Below, in pieces: positions 1 through 11,502 of a DNA stretch of 64,000 nt. How positions within the stretch are numbered: the first letter of the stretch is position 1; each line of letters starts with the position of its first letter. A model generated the notes under the pieces. The model made no database searches. It was not told the origin of the DNA and worked only from the letters and a program-made list of their open reading frames with translations. The position numbers were made by a program, and so were the translations under genes. This stretch comes from Leucoraja ocellata (lineage: Eukaryota), in NCBI GenBank assembly GCA_036785375.1, contig JAWMAR010000070.1:4216001-4280000 (forward strand). Reading direction: 5' to 3'.

Positions 1-85
1 CCACAACGAGCTTGGTTCTGAAGCGTCTTTCTGCAATGGCCCAGAAAGGAAAAAAAAAAGCGAGATCAGTACAATAAATACTGGC

Positions 86-275
86 TGTTTAAGAAGGAAC
101 TGCAGATGCTGGAAAATCGAAGGTACACAAAAATGCTGGAGAAACTCAGCGGGTGCAGCAGCATCTATTTGAGCGATGGAAATAGGCAACGTTTCGGCCC
201 GAAACGTTGCCTATTTCCTTCGCTCATAGATGCTGCTGCACCCGCTGAGTTTCTCCAGCATTTTTGTGTACCTTC
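86..275. mobile_element. Short fold-back (palindromic) Penelope-pLTR-derived insertion
   Basis: 119-275 is a near-perfect inverted repeat centred on gtttcggcccgaaac. 86-118 is a one-sided tail. Direct repeat caataaatactggc at 72-85 and 275-288. Confidence 0.8.
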
Positions 276-665
276 AATAAATACTGGCCTTGTGAGCTAC
301 ACGCGTCCGGTGAAAATCAGTAACAAAACAATTAAATCTATTTGAATTCTAGAGCAGAATCGTTGATGTGCCATGTGGGTGAAGCGTACATCTCTACACG
401 GTCAGAGGCAAAGGGCGTGTGGGAAGTGACTCTAAATTTTAAGAGTAAAGGCAGTCACGCCAGTCAGCTGTCGAGCAGAACCGTGGCATGATCTGAGGAT
501 CACAACATGTTTTCCGACGGGATTTTATAGAACTGAAGTCAATGTGAACTCGAGAGAAAATATATCAGGGGCATTAGTTCCACAGAAGCCAATGTGAGCG
601 GGAGAAATTGTATCTGCGACATTAATTCCACAATTTCTGCCTTTCTGAAAATAAGGCTAGCAAAG

Positions 666-1298
666 AACATAGAAACGAAGAAACATAGAAAATGGGTGCA
701 GGAGTAGGCCATTCGCTCCTTCGAGCCTGCACCGCCATTCAATATGATCATGGCTGATCATCCAACTCAGTGTCCTGTACCTGACGTCTCTCCATACACT
801 TTAGCCGCAAGGGCCACATCTAACTCCTTCTTAAATATAGCCAATGAACTGGCCTCAACTACCCTCTGTGGCAGAGAGTTCCAGAGATTCACCACTCTCT
901 GTGTGGAAAATGTGTTTCTCAACTCGGTCCTAAAGGATTTCCCCTTTATCCTTAAACGGTGACCCCCTTGTCCTGGACTTCCACAACATCGGGAACAATC
1001 TTCCTGCATCTAGCCTGTCCAACCGCTAAAGAATTTTGTAAGTTTCTATAAGATCCCCCCTCAATCTTCTAAATACTAGCGAGTACAAGCCGAGTCTATC
1101 CAGTCTTTCTTCATATGAAAGTCCTGACATCCCAGGAATCAGACTGGCGAACCTTCTCTGTACTCCCTCTACGCCAAGAATGTCTTTCCTCAGATTTGGA
1201 GACCAAAACTGTGCGCAATACTCTAGGTGTGGTCTCACCAAGACCCTGTACAAGCGCAGTAGAACCTTCCTGCTCCTATACTCAAATCCTTTTGCCAT
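666..1298 (-). mobile_element. CR1-type LINE 3' fragment
   Basis: ORF 1026-1298 ([32 protein letters not shown]) and [15 protein letters not shown] match the CR1 ORF2 C-terminus. (catagaaa)-type tail at 666-692. Confidence 0.9.
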
Positions 1299-1600
1299 GT
1301 TGCTCTTTCACGAAATAAACTGGTTTTCATTGCCCGGCCTTTGTACGCCAAACTTCCTTTATATTACCAAATCCATTATGGCGTATGAAAGATATGAAAC
1401 AACAATGTATTCTGATTCAAAGGCATATTGGATAACATGAAATTCTGATCAAATAAATGACACGCCGACACCACAATGCACTGAGTTCCATTGCCCCCAT
1501 TACTTGCCTACACGCACGTAACCATCTCTGCCGTGGAAAGAGTACACGGAACCACAACTGACATTGATTATTGGGATATTTAATTCTGGCTTTCACTCAC

Positions 1601-1637
1601 CCGGCAGCGAGGAGATGAGAAGAATGGGAATCCACAT
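1601..1637 (-). CDS. Gene Z leader exon (signal peptide [12 protein letters not shown]) of an MDIR/CD300-like receptor; rest of gene lies left of the window
   Basis: ATG at 1637, 37 nt, phase-1 donor g|gtgagt. Paralogous to leaders at 11466, 34883 and 52640. Confidence 0.8.
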
Positions 1638-2608
1638 TATTTTATCCATAGTGGCAAGGCCAGCACTTGTCTGTCTGTCGCTCAGCTCTGAGCTCTCAGA
1701 TACAACCGCATCTCTCTAATAGCAACGAGGAAGATAGGATCAGGAAGGTTACACAGAAAAGCTGGAGAAACTCAGCGGGTGCAGCAGCATCTATGGAGCG
1801 AAGGAAATAGGCAACGTTTCGGGCCGAAACCCTTCTTCAGACTGATCAGGGGTGGGGGTGGGTGGGGACAAGAAAGGGAAAAGGAGGAGTAGCCGGAAGG
1901 CTGGAGGGTGGGAGGAGACAGCAGGGGAGCTGAGGAAGGGGAGGAGACAGCAAGGACTAACAGAATTGGGAGAAGTCGATGTTCATGCCCCCGGGGTGCA
2001 GACTCCCCAAACGGAATATGAGGTGCTGTTCCTCCAATTTCCGGTGCTGCTCGCTGTGGCCATGGAGGAGACCCAGGACAGAGAGGTCAGAGGCGGAGTG
2101 GGAGGGGGAGTTGAAGTGCTGAGCCACCGGGAGGTCAGCTAGGTTATTGCGGACCGAGCGGAGGTGTTCGGCGAAACGATCGCCCAACCTCCGCTTGGTC
2201 TCACCGATATAGATCTGCTGACATCTAGAGCAGCGGACGCAATAGATGAGGTTGGAAGAGATGCAGGTAAACCTCTGTCGCACCTGGAACGATTGCTTGG
2301 GTCCCTGAAAGGAGTTGAGGGGGGAGGTAAAGGGACAAGTGTTGCATCTGCTGCGGCCGCAAGGGAAAGTGCCCGGGGAGGGGGTGGACCGAGAGGGAAG
2401 GGAAGAATTGACAAGGGAGTTATGGAGGGAGCGGTCTTTGCGGAAGGCAGATATGGGGGGAGATGGGAAGATGTGGCTAGTAGTGGGGTCACGTTGGAGG
2501 TGGCGAAACTGACGGAGGATTATTTTTTGTATGTGATGGCTGGTGGGGTGAAAGGTGAGGACTAGGGGGACTCGGCCCTTGTTGCGAGTGCGGGGATGGG
2601 GAGAGAGA

Positions 2609-4138
2609 AGACCCATTGTCTCCGCCTGTTCGTGCCCCACCGAACTCATTTCCAAATACCTTGACTCCATCCTATCACCCTTGGTTAAATCCCTCCCTAC
2701 CTATGTCCAAGACACCTCAGACACTCTCCGTCGTCTCCGCGCATTCAATTCTCTAGGCCCTCACCCCCTCATCTTCACCATGGACGTCCAATCACTATAC
2801 ACCTCCATCCCCCACCACGATGGTCTCACAGCCCTCCGGTTCTTCCTCGACCAGAGAAGCAACCGATACCCAGCCACTGACACTCTCCTCCGCCTAGCGG
2901 AGCTGGTCCTTACCCTCAATAACTTCGAGTTTGACTCCTCCCACTTCCTCCAAATACAAGGCGTAGCTATGGGCACACGCATGGGCCCCAGCTATGCCTG
3001 CCTATTTGTAGGTTACGTCGAACAATCCTTGTTCAATACATACACGGGCCCCATCCCCAACCTCTACCTCCGCTACATCGACGACTGCTTTGGTGCCACC
3101 TCCTGCACCCGCACACAACTGACTGACTTCATCCACTTCACCACTAATTTCCACCCGGCACTGAAATACACCTGGACCATCTCCGACACTTCCCTACCAT
3201 TCCTTGACCTCACTATCTCCATTGCAGGTGATAGACTTCTAACCGACATACACTACAAACCCACTGACTCCCATGGCTATCTGGACTACACTTCTTCCCA
3301 CCCTGCTTCCTGTAAGGACTCCATCCCCTACTCCCAATTCCTCCGTCTACGTCGCATCTGCTCCACGGATGAGGCGTTCCACACCAGGACATCTGAAATG
3401 TCCTCACTATTCAGGGAACGGGGGTTCCCCTCCTCCACCATAAATGAGGCTCGCACCAGGGTCTCTTCCATACCCCGCAACACTGCTCTCTCTCCCCATC
3501 CCCGCACTCGCAACAAGGGCCGAGTCCCCCTAGTCCTCACCTTTCACCCCACCAGCCATCACATACAAAAAATAATCCTCCGTCAGTTTCGCCACCTCCA
3601 ACGTGACCCCACTACTAGCCACATCTTCCCATCTCCCCCCATATCTGCCTTCCGCAAAGACCGCTCCCTCCATAACTCCCTTGTCAATTCTTCCCTTCCC
3701 TCTCGGTCCACCCCCTCCCCGGGCACTTTCCCTTGCGGCCGCAGCAGATGCAACACTTGTCCCTTTACCTCCCCCCTCAACTCCTTTCAGGGACCCAAGC
3801 AATCGTTCCAGGTGCGACAGAGGTTTACCTGCATCTCTTCCAACCTCATCTATTGCGTCCGCTGCTCTAGATGTCAGCAGATCTATATCGGTGAGACCAA
3901 GCGGAGGTTGGGCGATCGTTTCGCCGAACACCTCCGCTCGGTCCGCAATAACCTAGCTGACCTCCCGGTGGCTCAGCACTTCAACTCCCCCTCCCACTCC
4001 GCCTCTGACCTCTCTGTCCTGGGTCTCCTCCATGGCCACAGCGAGCAGCACCGGAAATTGGAGGAACAGCACCTCATATTCCGTTTGGGGAGTCTGCACC
4101 CCGGGGGCATGAACATCGACTTCTCCCAATTCTGTTAG
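2609..4138 (+). CDS. Penelope-like reverse transcriptase + GIY-YIG endonuclease (N-terminally truncated)
   Basis: RT motifs MDVQSLYTSIP, QIQGVAMGTRMGPSYA and YLRYIDD. Cys linker CGRSRCNTC. Endonuclease motif NLIYCVRC..IYIGET. No internal stops. The first residues of track ORF 2555 come from the inverted arm. Confidence 0.92.
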   Translation, partial: RPIVSACSCPTELISKYLDSILSPLVKSLPTYVQDTSDTLRRLRAFNSLGPHPLIFTMDVQSLYTSIPHHDGLTALRFFLDQRSNRYPATDTLLRLAELVLTLNNFEFDSSHFLQIQGVAMGTRMGPSYACLFVGYVEQSLFNTYTGPIPNLYLRYIDDCFGATSCTRTQLTDFIHFTTNFHPALKYTWTISDTSLPFLDLTISIAGDRLLTDIHYKPTDSHGYLDYTSSHPASCKDSIPYSQFLRLRRICSTDEAFHTRTSEMSSLFRERGFPSSTINEARTRVSSIPRNTALSPHPRTRNKGRVPLVLTFHPTSHHIQKIILRQFRHLQRDPTTSHIFPSPPISAFRKDRSLHNSLVNSSLPSRSTPSPGTFPCGRSRCNTCPFTSPLNSFQGPKQSFQVRQRFTCISSNLIYCVRCSRCQQIYIGETKRRLGDRFAEHLRSVRNNLADLPVAQHFNSPSHSASDLSVLGLLHGHSEQHRKLEEQHLIFRLGSLHPGGMNIDFSQFC

Positions 4139-4254
4139 TCCTTGCTGTCTCCTCCCCTTCCTCAGCTCCCCTGCTGTCTCCTCCCACCCTCCAGCCTTCC
4201 GGCTACTCCTCCTTTTCCCTTTCTTGTCCCCACCAACCCCCACCCCTGATCAGT

Positions 4255-4282
4255 CTGAAGAAGGGTTTCGGCCCGAAACGTT
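4255..4282 (+). ncRNA. Minimal hammerhead-ribozyme-like motif in the Penelope pLTR (inverted copy at 1813-1840)
   Basis: CTGAAGA-A-GGGT(TTCG)GCCC-GAAA-CGTT: both core boxes, stem II with UUCG loop, palindromic minimal stem III. Stem I is only about 2 bp. Confidence 0.6.
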
Positions 4283-4389
4283 GCCTATTTCCTTCGCTCC
4301 ATAGATGCTGCTGCACCCGCTGAGTTTCTCCAGCTTTTCTGTGTAACCTACGATTCTCCAGCATCTGCAGTTCCCTCTTTAACAGATAG

Positions 4390-4471
4390 GATCAGGAAGT
4401 CTGATTGTGAACCACAGCGAGCCAGCAGCAGCGCGACACGTTACAGTGTGAAAGGCTCAGGGTTATATTTA
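4390..4471 (-). promoter_or_regulatory. Gene Z proximal promoter (Ets GGAA, RUNX TGTGGT, TATA-like TAAATATA)
   Basis: caggaagt 4393-4400, accaca 4411-4416, tatattta 4464-4471. The same block lies upstream of all four leader exons. Confidence 0.45.
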
Positions 4472-5771
4472 ACAAATGGTTGGGTCAGATTGTCACAGAG
4501 ACATATAGCTCGGAGACAGGCACTTCTCCCCAACGTGTTAGACCAAGATGCTTATCTAGGTTAGTCAAAATTGCCCACGTTTGACCCATATCTCCCCAAA
4601 CCCTTTCTATCTATGGGCCTGCCCAATTGTAATTCAGAGCTAATACATTAGCAGAGTTGTGTTCATGAAAATATTATTTGCTGACTTTGTACATCTGTTT
4701 GTGATGATTAATTTAATTAATGTTTGCATGATAATATAACATGTCATCTGCTGCGGGCTACCGTTCTGGGTGTGTTACTTTCAGGGGAACGGTGCAGTTT
4801 ATTCGGGTTGTGCACATCAGTGGCAATGTTGTGGTATCGGTGTAACACGATGATGTGTCCGCCACTGATGTTAGTTGAGCGTTGGCGACCCTCAGTAAAG
4901 GGTCTTTTGGTTCGGAGCTATTTCCCGTTTCCTCCCCAAAACGCTGCAGACAGGAACCGACGATGCAGCAAAACAATTTATTTTAATCCTCGTCCTGCTT
5001 TGACCCAAGATTTCTGCAAAACACTGCTCAGCAAACATCGAGCTGCTCGCAAGACACGGTTCAGAGATACGAATCTACACACCCTTGTATCAGCAGCGCG
5101 AGCAAAGTGTCAGCACTGCAGAACCATTCAGTGTAAAGGAACAAATTAGTGTTTGAACATTTGTAATTAAAGTACATTCCAAGCCTGAACTGTCCTCTGA
5201 AAACAACGGTGCCTGTCCCGCTGAGTTGCTCCAGTATTTTGTGTCTATCTGTGGCATCTCAGACTGTTTACCTCTCACTATCAGTGAGGCACTTTGGGAT
5301 GTCCTGCAGTGGGGAAAGGCTGTAATTCAAGTTCATTTCTCCCATTAGACCATTAACAAGCTCCATTTGAACGGGCCAGGCAGCATCAGTGTGACCACAG
5401 AATCTGCAAGTATCTCTGGCTATTCAGCACCCCTCGGATATCCCTGACCTGGGGGTTTGTGAGTTCAAAGCAGCCTCTGGCCTCATTTCCTCGTCCCCCC
5501 GCTTACTGTGTGGAGAATATTTATCTTTGTCAGTGGGACATTTTACCCAAAGCAATCCTTGAGTCTATCCGAACTTTATGGTGGTTACTCCGTTATTGCA
5601 GGTCACCATTTCTTATTTCCAAACAACATCCTTCACAGTTCCTTCATGGGCGGGGTTACAGTCACAAGTCAGACTGAGGAAAGCAACACAATGTGTTTGC
5701 AGTTTCACACCCCGCGCTTTGCAAGCTGCAACTCAACCATTTTGTTCTGCACAAGAATAGACTTTCAACTA

Positions 5772-6097
5772 GTTTAGTTTAGTTCAGTTCAATTTGTAGA
5801 TACAGCGAGGAAACAGGCCCTTCAGCCCACCGAGTCCACACTGGTCAGCGATCCCCGCACATTAACACTACCCCACACACACTGGGGACAATTTACATTT
5901 ATAGCAAGCCAATTAACCTGCATACCTGTACGTCTATGGAGTGTGGGAGGAAACGGAAGATATCGAAGAAAAACCCACGCGGTCACGGTAGAACGTACAA
6001 ACTCCGTACAGACAGCACCCGTAGTCGGGATCGAACCCGGGTGTCCGGTGCTGTAAGCGCTGTAAGGCAGCAACTCCACCGTTGCGCCACCGTGGCC
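5772..6097 (-). mobile_element. tRNA-derived SINE (HE1/V-SINE-like)
   Basis: Minus-strand head cacggtggcgcaacggtgg (A box), gggttcgatcc (B box), (ctaaa)n tail. Multiple relatives in the window. Confidence 0.8.
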
Positions 6098-6369
6098 ATT
6101 ATTTATAATCCTTTAACTCCTTTGTACGGTGGACAAACTGAATAACTCGTTGCAGCATTAAAATATTTATCAATATTACTGTACCCCAAAGACGCGAAAG
6201 TGGGGTGATATAGAACCAGTGTGAAAGGGTTGATTGCTGGTTGACGTGGACTCGGTGGGCCAAATGGTCTGTATCCATGCTGTATCTCTCAATCACTTAA
6301 TCAAAAAATCAAACATGCTGGATTATCTCAACGGGACAGGCAACATCAAAGATCTTAGAGCAGAGCTTT

Positions 6370-6870
6370 GGGCAGCATCACTGGATGAAAGGAATGGGTG
6401 ACGTTTCGGTTCGAGACCCTTCTTCAGACTGAAGTCAGGGGAGAGGGAGATACTTGGATAAGGAATTGTGAGGTGTGGAAATGTGGCTAAGGGTATGCAG
6501 ATCAAAGGAAACTGTAGGATGGATCATTGTTAGTTGGGAGAAGGCAACAGCAAAGCGATTAGAGATAAAATGTTGTCGGAGACTGTCAGACCATCGGAGC
6601 ACTGGGAAGGAAGGAGGGGTGGATTGAGACGGAAGGCAAGGGTTACTTGTTGAAGTCAATGTTCACACCGCTGGGGTGTAAGCTGCCCAAACGAAATAGG
6701 AGGTGCTGTTCCTCCAAGTTGCGCTGGGACTCCCTCTGACAATGGAGGATGCCCAGGACAGAAATGTCAGTGTGGGAATGGGAGGGGGAGTTAAAGTGTT
6801 TAGCGACCGGGATATCAGGTTGGTTTAGACGGACTGAGCGGAGGTGTTGAGCGAAACGATCTCCGAGAGG
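6370..6870 (-). mobile_element. Degenerate Penelope 3' fragment (GIY-YIG end + pLTR with hammerhead-like core at 6400-6427)
   Basis: ORF 6643-6894 LGDRFAQHLRSVR..VAKHFNSPSHS..LEEQHLLFRLGSLHP. Minus strand carries ctgaagaagggtctcgaaccgaaacgtc. Confidence 0.85.
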
Positions 6871-7616
6871 CGCCAACAATCGCAGGCTCGGCAATAGTTT
6901 CGCTGAACACTGCAGCTCAGTCTCCTAAACCTACCCGATCTATCCACAGATGCCGCCTGTCCCACTGAGTTACCCCAGCAATTTATGTCTAACTTCAGTT
7001 TAAACCAGCATCTGCAGTTCCTTCCTACCTAAAAATGTGTTGCATTTAGGAAATTAAATCTGCAGATGTTGGATTTGCTTAGCGCGTCAGTCAGCATCTG
7101 TGGAGAGAAACATAAGGCTAATCGTCAAAACAATGTCGTTGCATAATTTTGTTCAGATAGGATAGCTTGGTGTGAAAGATTAATTGGCTGCTTATCCTAA
7201 ACGCCTTTAACGTTTGGCAACAGGAGGATTATCCAGCAATCTGCTCTTCATCACTAAAGTTCCAGTCTAAACAAAATAAATTTAGACAAACCATTCATCG
7301 ACGAACAATTTATTATGAAGCATTCTGATACATTATCACTCATTAATCAGTGAAAAACATTTTTTCCATGAAGATGAATGCATAAAATATAGTTTAACAG
7401 AGTATAAGATGCTGGAGCAACGGAAAGCATGCAAAGGTTAAAACAATAGTTCGAAGCTGACGAAAGAAACCTTGGAAAAGGTGGCAACAATTAAGATCAT
7501 TGCGGGAAATGAGTTTTGGAAACACATATGGTTTGTAAAGTTTGGAACATTGCTTTGAAGTCACTTTCATGAAATCATTGGTTGAATTGCAAGATACGTA
7601 TATTCTATCCAATTGA

Positions 7617-8013
7617 AACCTCTTATAGAAACTTACAAAATTCTTAAGGGGTTGGACAGGCTAGATGCAGGAAGATTGCTCCCGATGTTGGGGAAGTCCA
7701 GGACAAGGGGTCACAGCTTAAGGATAAGGGGGAAATCCTTTAAAACCGAGATGAGAAGAACATTTTTCACACAGAGAGTGGTGAATCTCTGGAACTCTCT
7801 GCCACAGAGGGTAGTCGAGGCCAGTTCATTGGCTATATTTAAGAGGGAGTTAGATGTGGCCCTTGTGGCTAAGGGGATCAGAGGGTATGGAGGGAAGGCA
7901 GGTACGGGATACTGAGTTGGATGATCAGCCATGATCATATTGAATGGCGGTGCAGGCTCGAAGGGCTGAATGGCCTACTCCTGCGCCTAAATTCTATGTT
8001 TCTATGTTTCTAT
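7617..8013 (+). mobile_element. CR1-type LINE 3' fragment
   Basis: [36 protein letters not shown], followed by a (ttctatgt)n tail. Confidence 0.9.
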
Positions 8014-8747
8014 GATATCAGTTGACAAAGCAGGATGATGAATAAATATTTCATCGCGGTGCAGAATTCCCTCACTGTTGGTTCAAGCTAGGTGTCTTCA
8101 TTCGTGGGTCGAGTGGCGAGGTTCAGACTCATCGCGTCTCTGCAAAAGACAATGTGAAGTCATCAGACTCATTGACAGTGGTAACAACGCTTTATTTAAC
8201 CCGACCACTCCCAACACATTGCTGGCTGGAAGATGGACTCTAAAGAACCCACACCGGGCACAGAAATCCACCCTGCACACGTACAACCTGACAAAACCTC
8301 GTGATATCATCTACACAGAGATTTGGTTTAACTTCAGTTATGAAAACGGGTACGGTTTTTATTTCTATCAATGGACAGGACATTTGAAAGCATTAATGGA
8401 AACCGTTTGGAAACATTCGGCGAAGAGAAGTGATTGCTTTGGTCAGAGGGTGGCGAATCTATGGATGTCATTACCACAGGAGGCTGTGGAGGCCAAGTCA
8501 ATTCACACCGGAGATGCTGCCTGTTCCGCTGAGCTACTTCGGCATTTTTGTATCTGTCCAAATCAATTGGTATTTTTAAGGCGAAGATTTTCATATTCTT
8601 GATAAATGAGGATGTCAAGAGTCATCGGGAGATGGCAGGAGAATGGGATCGAGAGGGAAGCCGTGATTGGGGGCGGATTAGATATGATGGGCTGAATGGC
8701 CTAATTCTGCTTCTATACTTCATGAGCACGATGACAATGACGCCTAC

Positions 8748-8838
8748 CTTCGAGCCTCTTGTGAGCACCGCGGTTGAGATACTCCAGATCACAAGCAGGA
8801 GAAAGACCATCCAGCGCCCCACTTTCCATGAGATGTAA
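8748..8838 (-). CDS. Gene A transmembrane exon with charged residues ([30 protein letters not shown])
   Basis: Acceptor ccctttgcccag, donor aag|gtaggc, 91 nt. Paralogs at 41109 and 58300. Confidence 0.8.
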
Positions 8839-9995
8839 CTGGGCAAAGGGCAAGAGATACAGAATCACTGGGAGAAAACGAGACGGTTTATCTTCGAAAC
8901 ATTTATCTGTTATTTGCTTCATAATCTTGGTGAAGTGGAGCGGGGCGAAGCAGCAGAGTCAATGGAGATCAGTTTGGAGAAAGAACGGGGTTTGGACTTG
9001 TGGGGGGGGGGGGGGGGGGGAGGGGTAGTTATGATCACCAATTACTGACGTCATTGCTGGAGCATGGCTACAAGGGAATGAGAGATTACGCGGTTAAATG
9101 GATTCGGAGAAGAGAGAGAAATAAGTTATGAGGTGGAGCAGTGAATACAGTGAATACAGAGTAGATGCTGGTGAAACAGCGGGAGAGGCAGCATTTCTGG
9201 AGAGAAGGAATGCGTGGTTTCGGATACAGACCCTTCTTCAGACTGGGAGTCACGGGAGAGAGAAACTGGGGATGTGGAAAGAAACAAAGAACAGTGTAAT
9301 ATCCTGGAAGAAAGAAATGCAGCTGCAAGGAAGATTATAATAAAACGCATATCAGAATCAGAATCAGAATCATACTTTATTCGCCAAGTATGTTCTGCAA
9401 CATACGATAGGAACAATAAACCAGATCAATTCTAATGGTGCAAGGGAGATGGGGCAACAAATATGGAAACAGATGAGGCCAATTAATAAAATAAATTAAA
9501 CATGATAATGCTTAATCTCACATCCTCGATATTACTTGGATTAACGCGGCAGGTCTGTGGATATAGGAATCGTGTTCGAAAATTCGGTGAAAGGTTCGCT
9601 CCTAACGGCGTGGCTTTTGTTAACGTTCTTATTATATCCTAGGCCCCTCTCCCACCCACCCGCTCTGCACAGATCCATTCGCTCTCCTGTACACACGGGG
9701 CAATTTACAACTGGCACATCTATGGGAGCTGGGAGGAAACTGGAGCACTTATATGAAATCAACACGATTAAAGGCAAAACATGCAGACCACACACAGACA
9801 GCACCTAATGGACCAGGGTCGTGGCGTTGTGAGGCTGTGATTCTTATCGGCTGTGCCACTGTGCATTCAGATCAATACTCTCACGGCATTCAATGCCAGT
9901 GAAAGGAAGGCACACGTTTCCCCCAATTAAAGAATCCCAATCAAAACACCAGCAATTTGTTCATAGTAACTTTCATTGGAAACAGAGTGGTTTAC

Positions 9996-10044
9996 CTTGC
10001 AGAGTAATTGGATGTTATCAAATTTTCACAAGAACATTCATGAC
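9996..10044 (-). CDS. Gene A stalk exon (GHECSCENLITSNYSA)
   Basis: 49 nt, acceptor ttgttccaccag, donor ag|gtaaac. Paralogs at 25662 and 60986. Confidence 0.75.
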
Positions 10045-10169
10045 CTGGTGGAACAAGGAAATAAATGTCAGTTTCACTGCTTTTCACTCCTCCCTGTGAA
10101 CGCGTGGGTTTTCTCCATTCTAAATTCCAGAGTATACAAGCGCAGCCGCTCCATTCAATCAACATATGA

Positions 10170-10575
10170 CAGTCCCCCGCCTTCCCCGGAATTGTCCTTG
10201 TGAACCTACGCTGCACTCCCATCAATAGCAAGAAGGTCCTTCCTCAAATTTGGAGTTCAAAACTGCACACAATAATCTAGGTGTGGTCTCACTAGGGCCA
10301 TGTACAACTTCAGAAGGACCTCTTTGCTCCTGTACTCAACTCCTCTTATTATTAAGGTCAACATGCCACTAGCTGTCTTCACTGCCTGCAGTACCTGCAT
10401 GCTTACTTTCAGTGAGTGATGAACAAGGACACCCCAGATCTCTTTGTACTTCCCCTTTTCCCAACCTGACACCATTCAGATAATAATCTGCCTTCCTGCT
10501 TTTGCTACTAAACTGGCCAACCTCACATTTATCCACATTAAACTTCATCCACCATGCATCTAGCCACTCACTCAA
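10170..10575 (-). mobile_element. CR1 ORF2 fragment at the site of the gene A Ig-exon loss
   Basis: Frameshifted ORFs MKFNVDKCEV and LYMALVRPHLDYCVQF. Confidence 0.8.
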
Positions 10576-11465
10576 CCACTCACCCACTCACCACTCGCTC
10601 ACTCACCACCCACCTCCAGGTCCCTTACCGGAGAGCGTTACGAGCATGAAAACGCACACCGCCAGATTCGGGGACAATTTCTTCACAGCTGTTATCAGGC
10701 ATCTGAATTATCCTACCACATCCAGAGATCTGTCCTGAACTCCCATCTACCTCTTTGTTGACCTTCGGACTACCCTTGATCGGACTTTGCTGGCCTTACC
10801 TTACACTAAACGCTATTTCCCATTAATGTACCTATGCACTGTAAGGGGATCGACTGTAATCATGTATCTGGCAGGTTAGCATGCAACAAAAAGCTTTTCT
10901 CTGTAACTCTGTACACGTGACAATAAACTGAATTTGAATTTCAGCATGACTGGGCCGCGGATCCGAGAGCGGATGGAGAGAGAGTTGGCGGTGGGTGGAT
11001 AGAGTGAGGGCAGTGGTTCAGTCTCAGACTCCGGGGAATTGTTGGGTTTACGACAGAGTTGAGTGGGACAAATGCAGGGAGTACTTGAACTGACACAATG
11101 AGACCACAATCCTGACTTCCACCTCAGTTGTAAACACATGTTGTTAGCGTAGAGTTAACTTCCTGGTGATGTTAGAACCTCTGTTCTTCTGTCCAGGTGT
11201 CTTGGAGTATCTGCTCCAAATTAATTTGGTATGTTATGCCTATAAACCTCCATCATGATGCAATTAGATCAAGTGTTAACAGTGGTTAAACTCCGAACAT
11301 TGTCTAGATATTCAAATGTGATTTCAGATCCATCACCACAATGCACTGAGTTCCATCTCGCTCATTACATGTCTACACACACTTAACCATCTCTGCTGTA
11401 GAAAGGGTGCACGGGACCCCAACTAACATTGATCATTGGAATATCAGGATCTGGCTTTCACTCAC

Positions 11466-11502
11466 CCGGCAGCGAGGCGATGAGAAGAATGGGAATCCAC
11501 AT
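11466..11502 (-). CDS. Gene A leader exon ([12 protein letters not shown])
   Basis: 37 nt, ATG at 11502, donor g|gtgagt. Confidence 0.8.

Larger units (their letters stand above)
1748..4383 (+). mobile_element. Penelope-like retroelement (Neptune-type), 5'-truncated, with inverted 3' duplication
   Basis: 1748-2608 is the reverse complement of 3487-4347. One-sided tail at 4348-4383. 16-bp TSD agataggatcaggaag at 1732-1747 and 4384-4399. Confidence 0.95.
8359..11502 (-). pseudogene. Gene A: Ig-less derivative of an activating MDIR-like receptor (exons 11466-11502, 9996-10044, 8748-8838, 8359-8364); in-frame 60-aa product or pseudogene
   Basis: Leader, stalk, TM and terminal exon retain canonical splice sites with compatible phases (1, 2, 0). 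No V or C2 exon between 10044 and 11466. AATAAA on minus at 8191-8196. Confidence 0.65.

Noticed and set aside
1957-2670. 237-aa minus-strand ORF as a separate GIY-YIG gene
   Set aside because: It is the inverted duplicate of the Penelope 3' end, and its start lies across the inversion junction.
9002-9026. Poly-G tracts (also ~32012, 41360, 49806, 58551) as functional G-quadruplexes
   Set aside because: Length-variable homopolymers in duplicated intron or repeat sequence, with no evidence of function.
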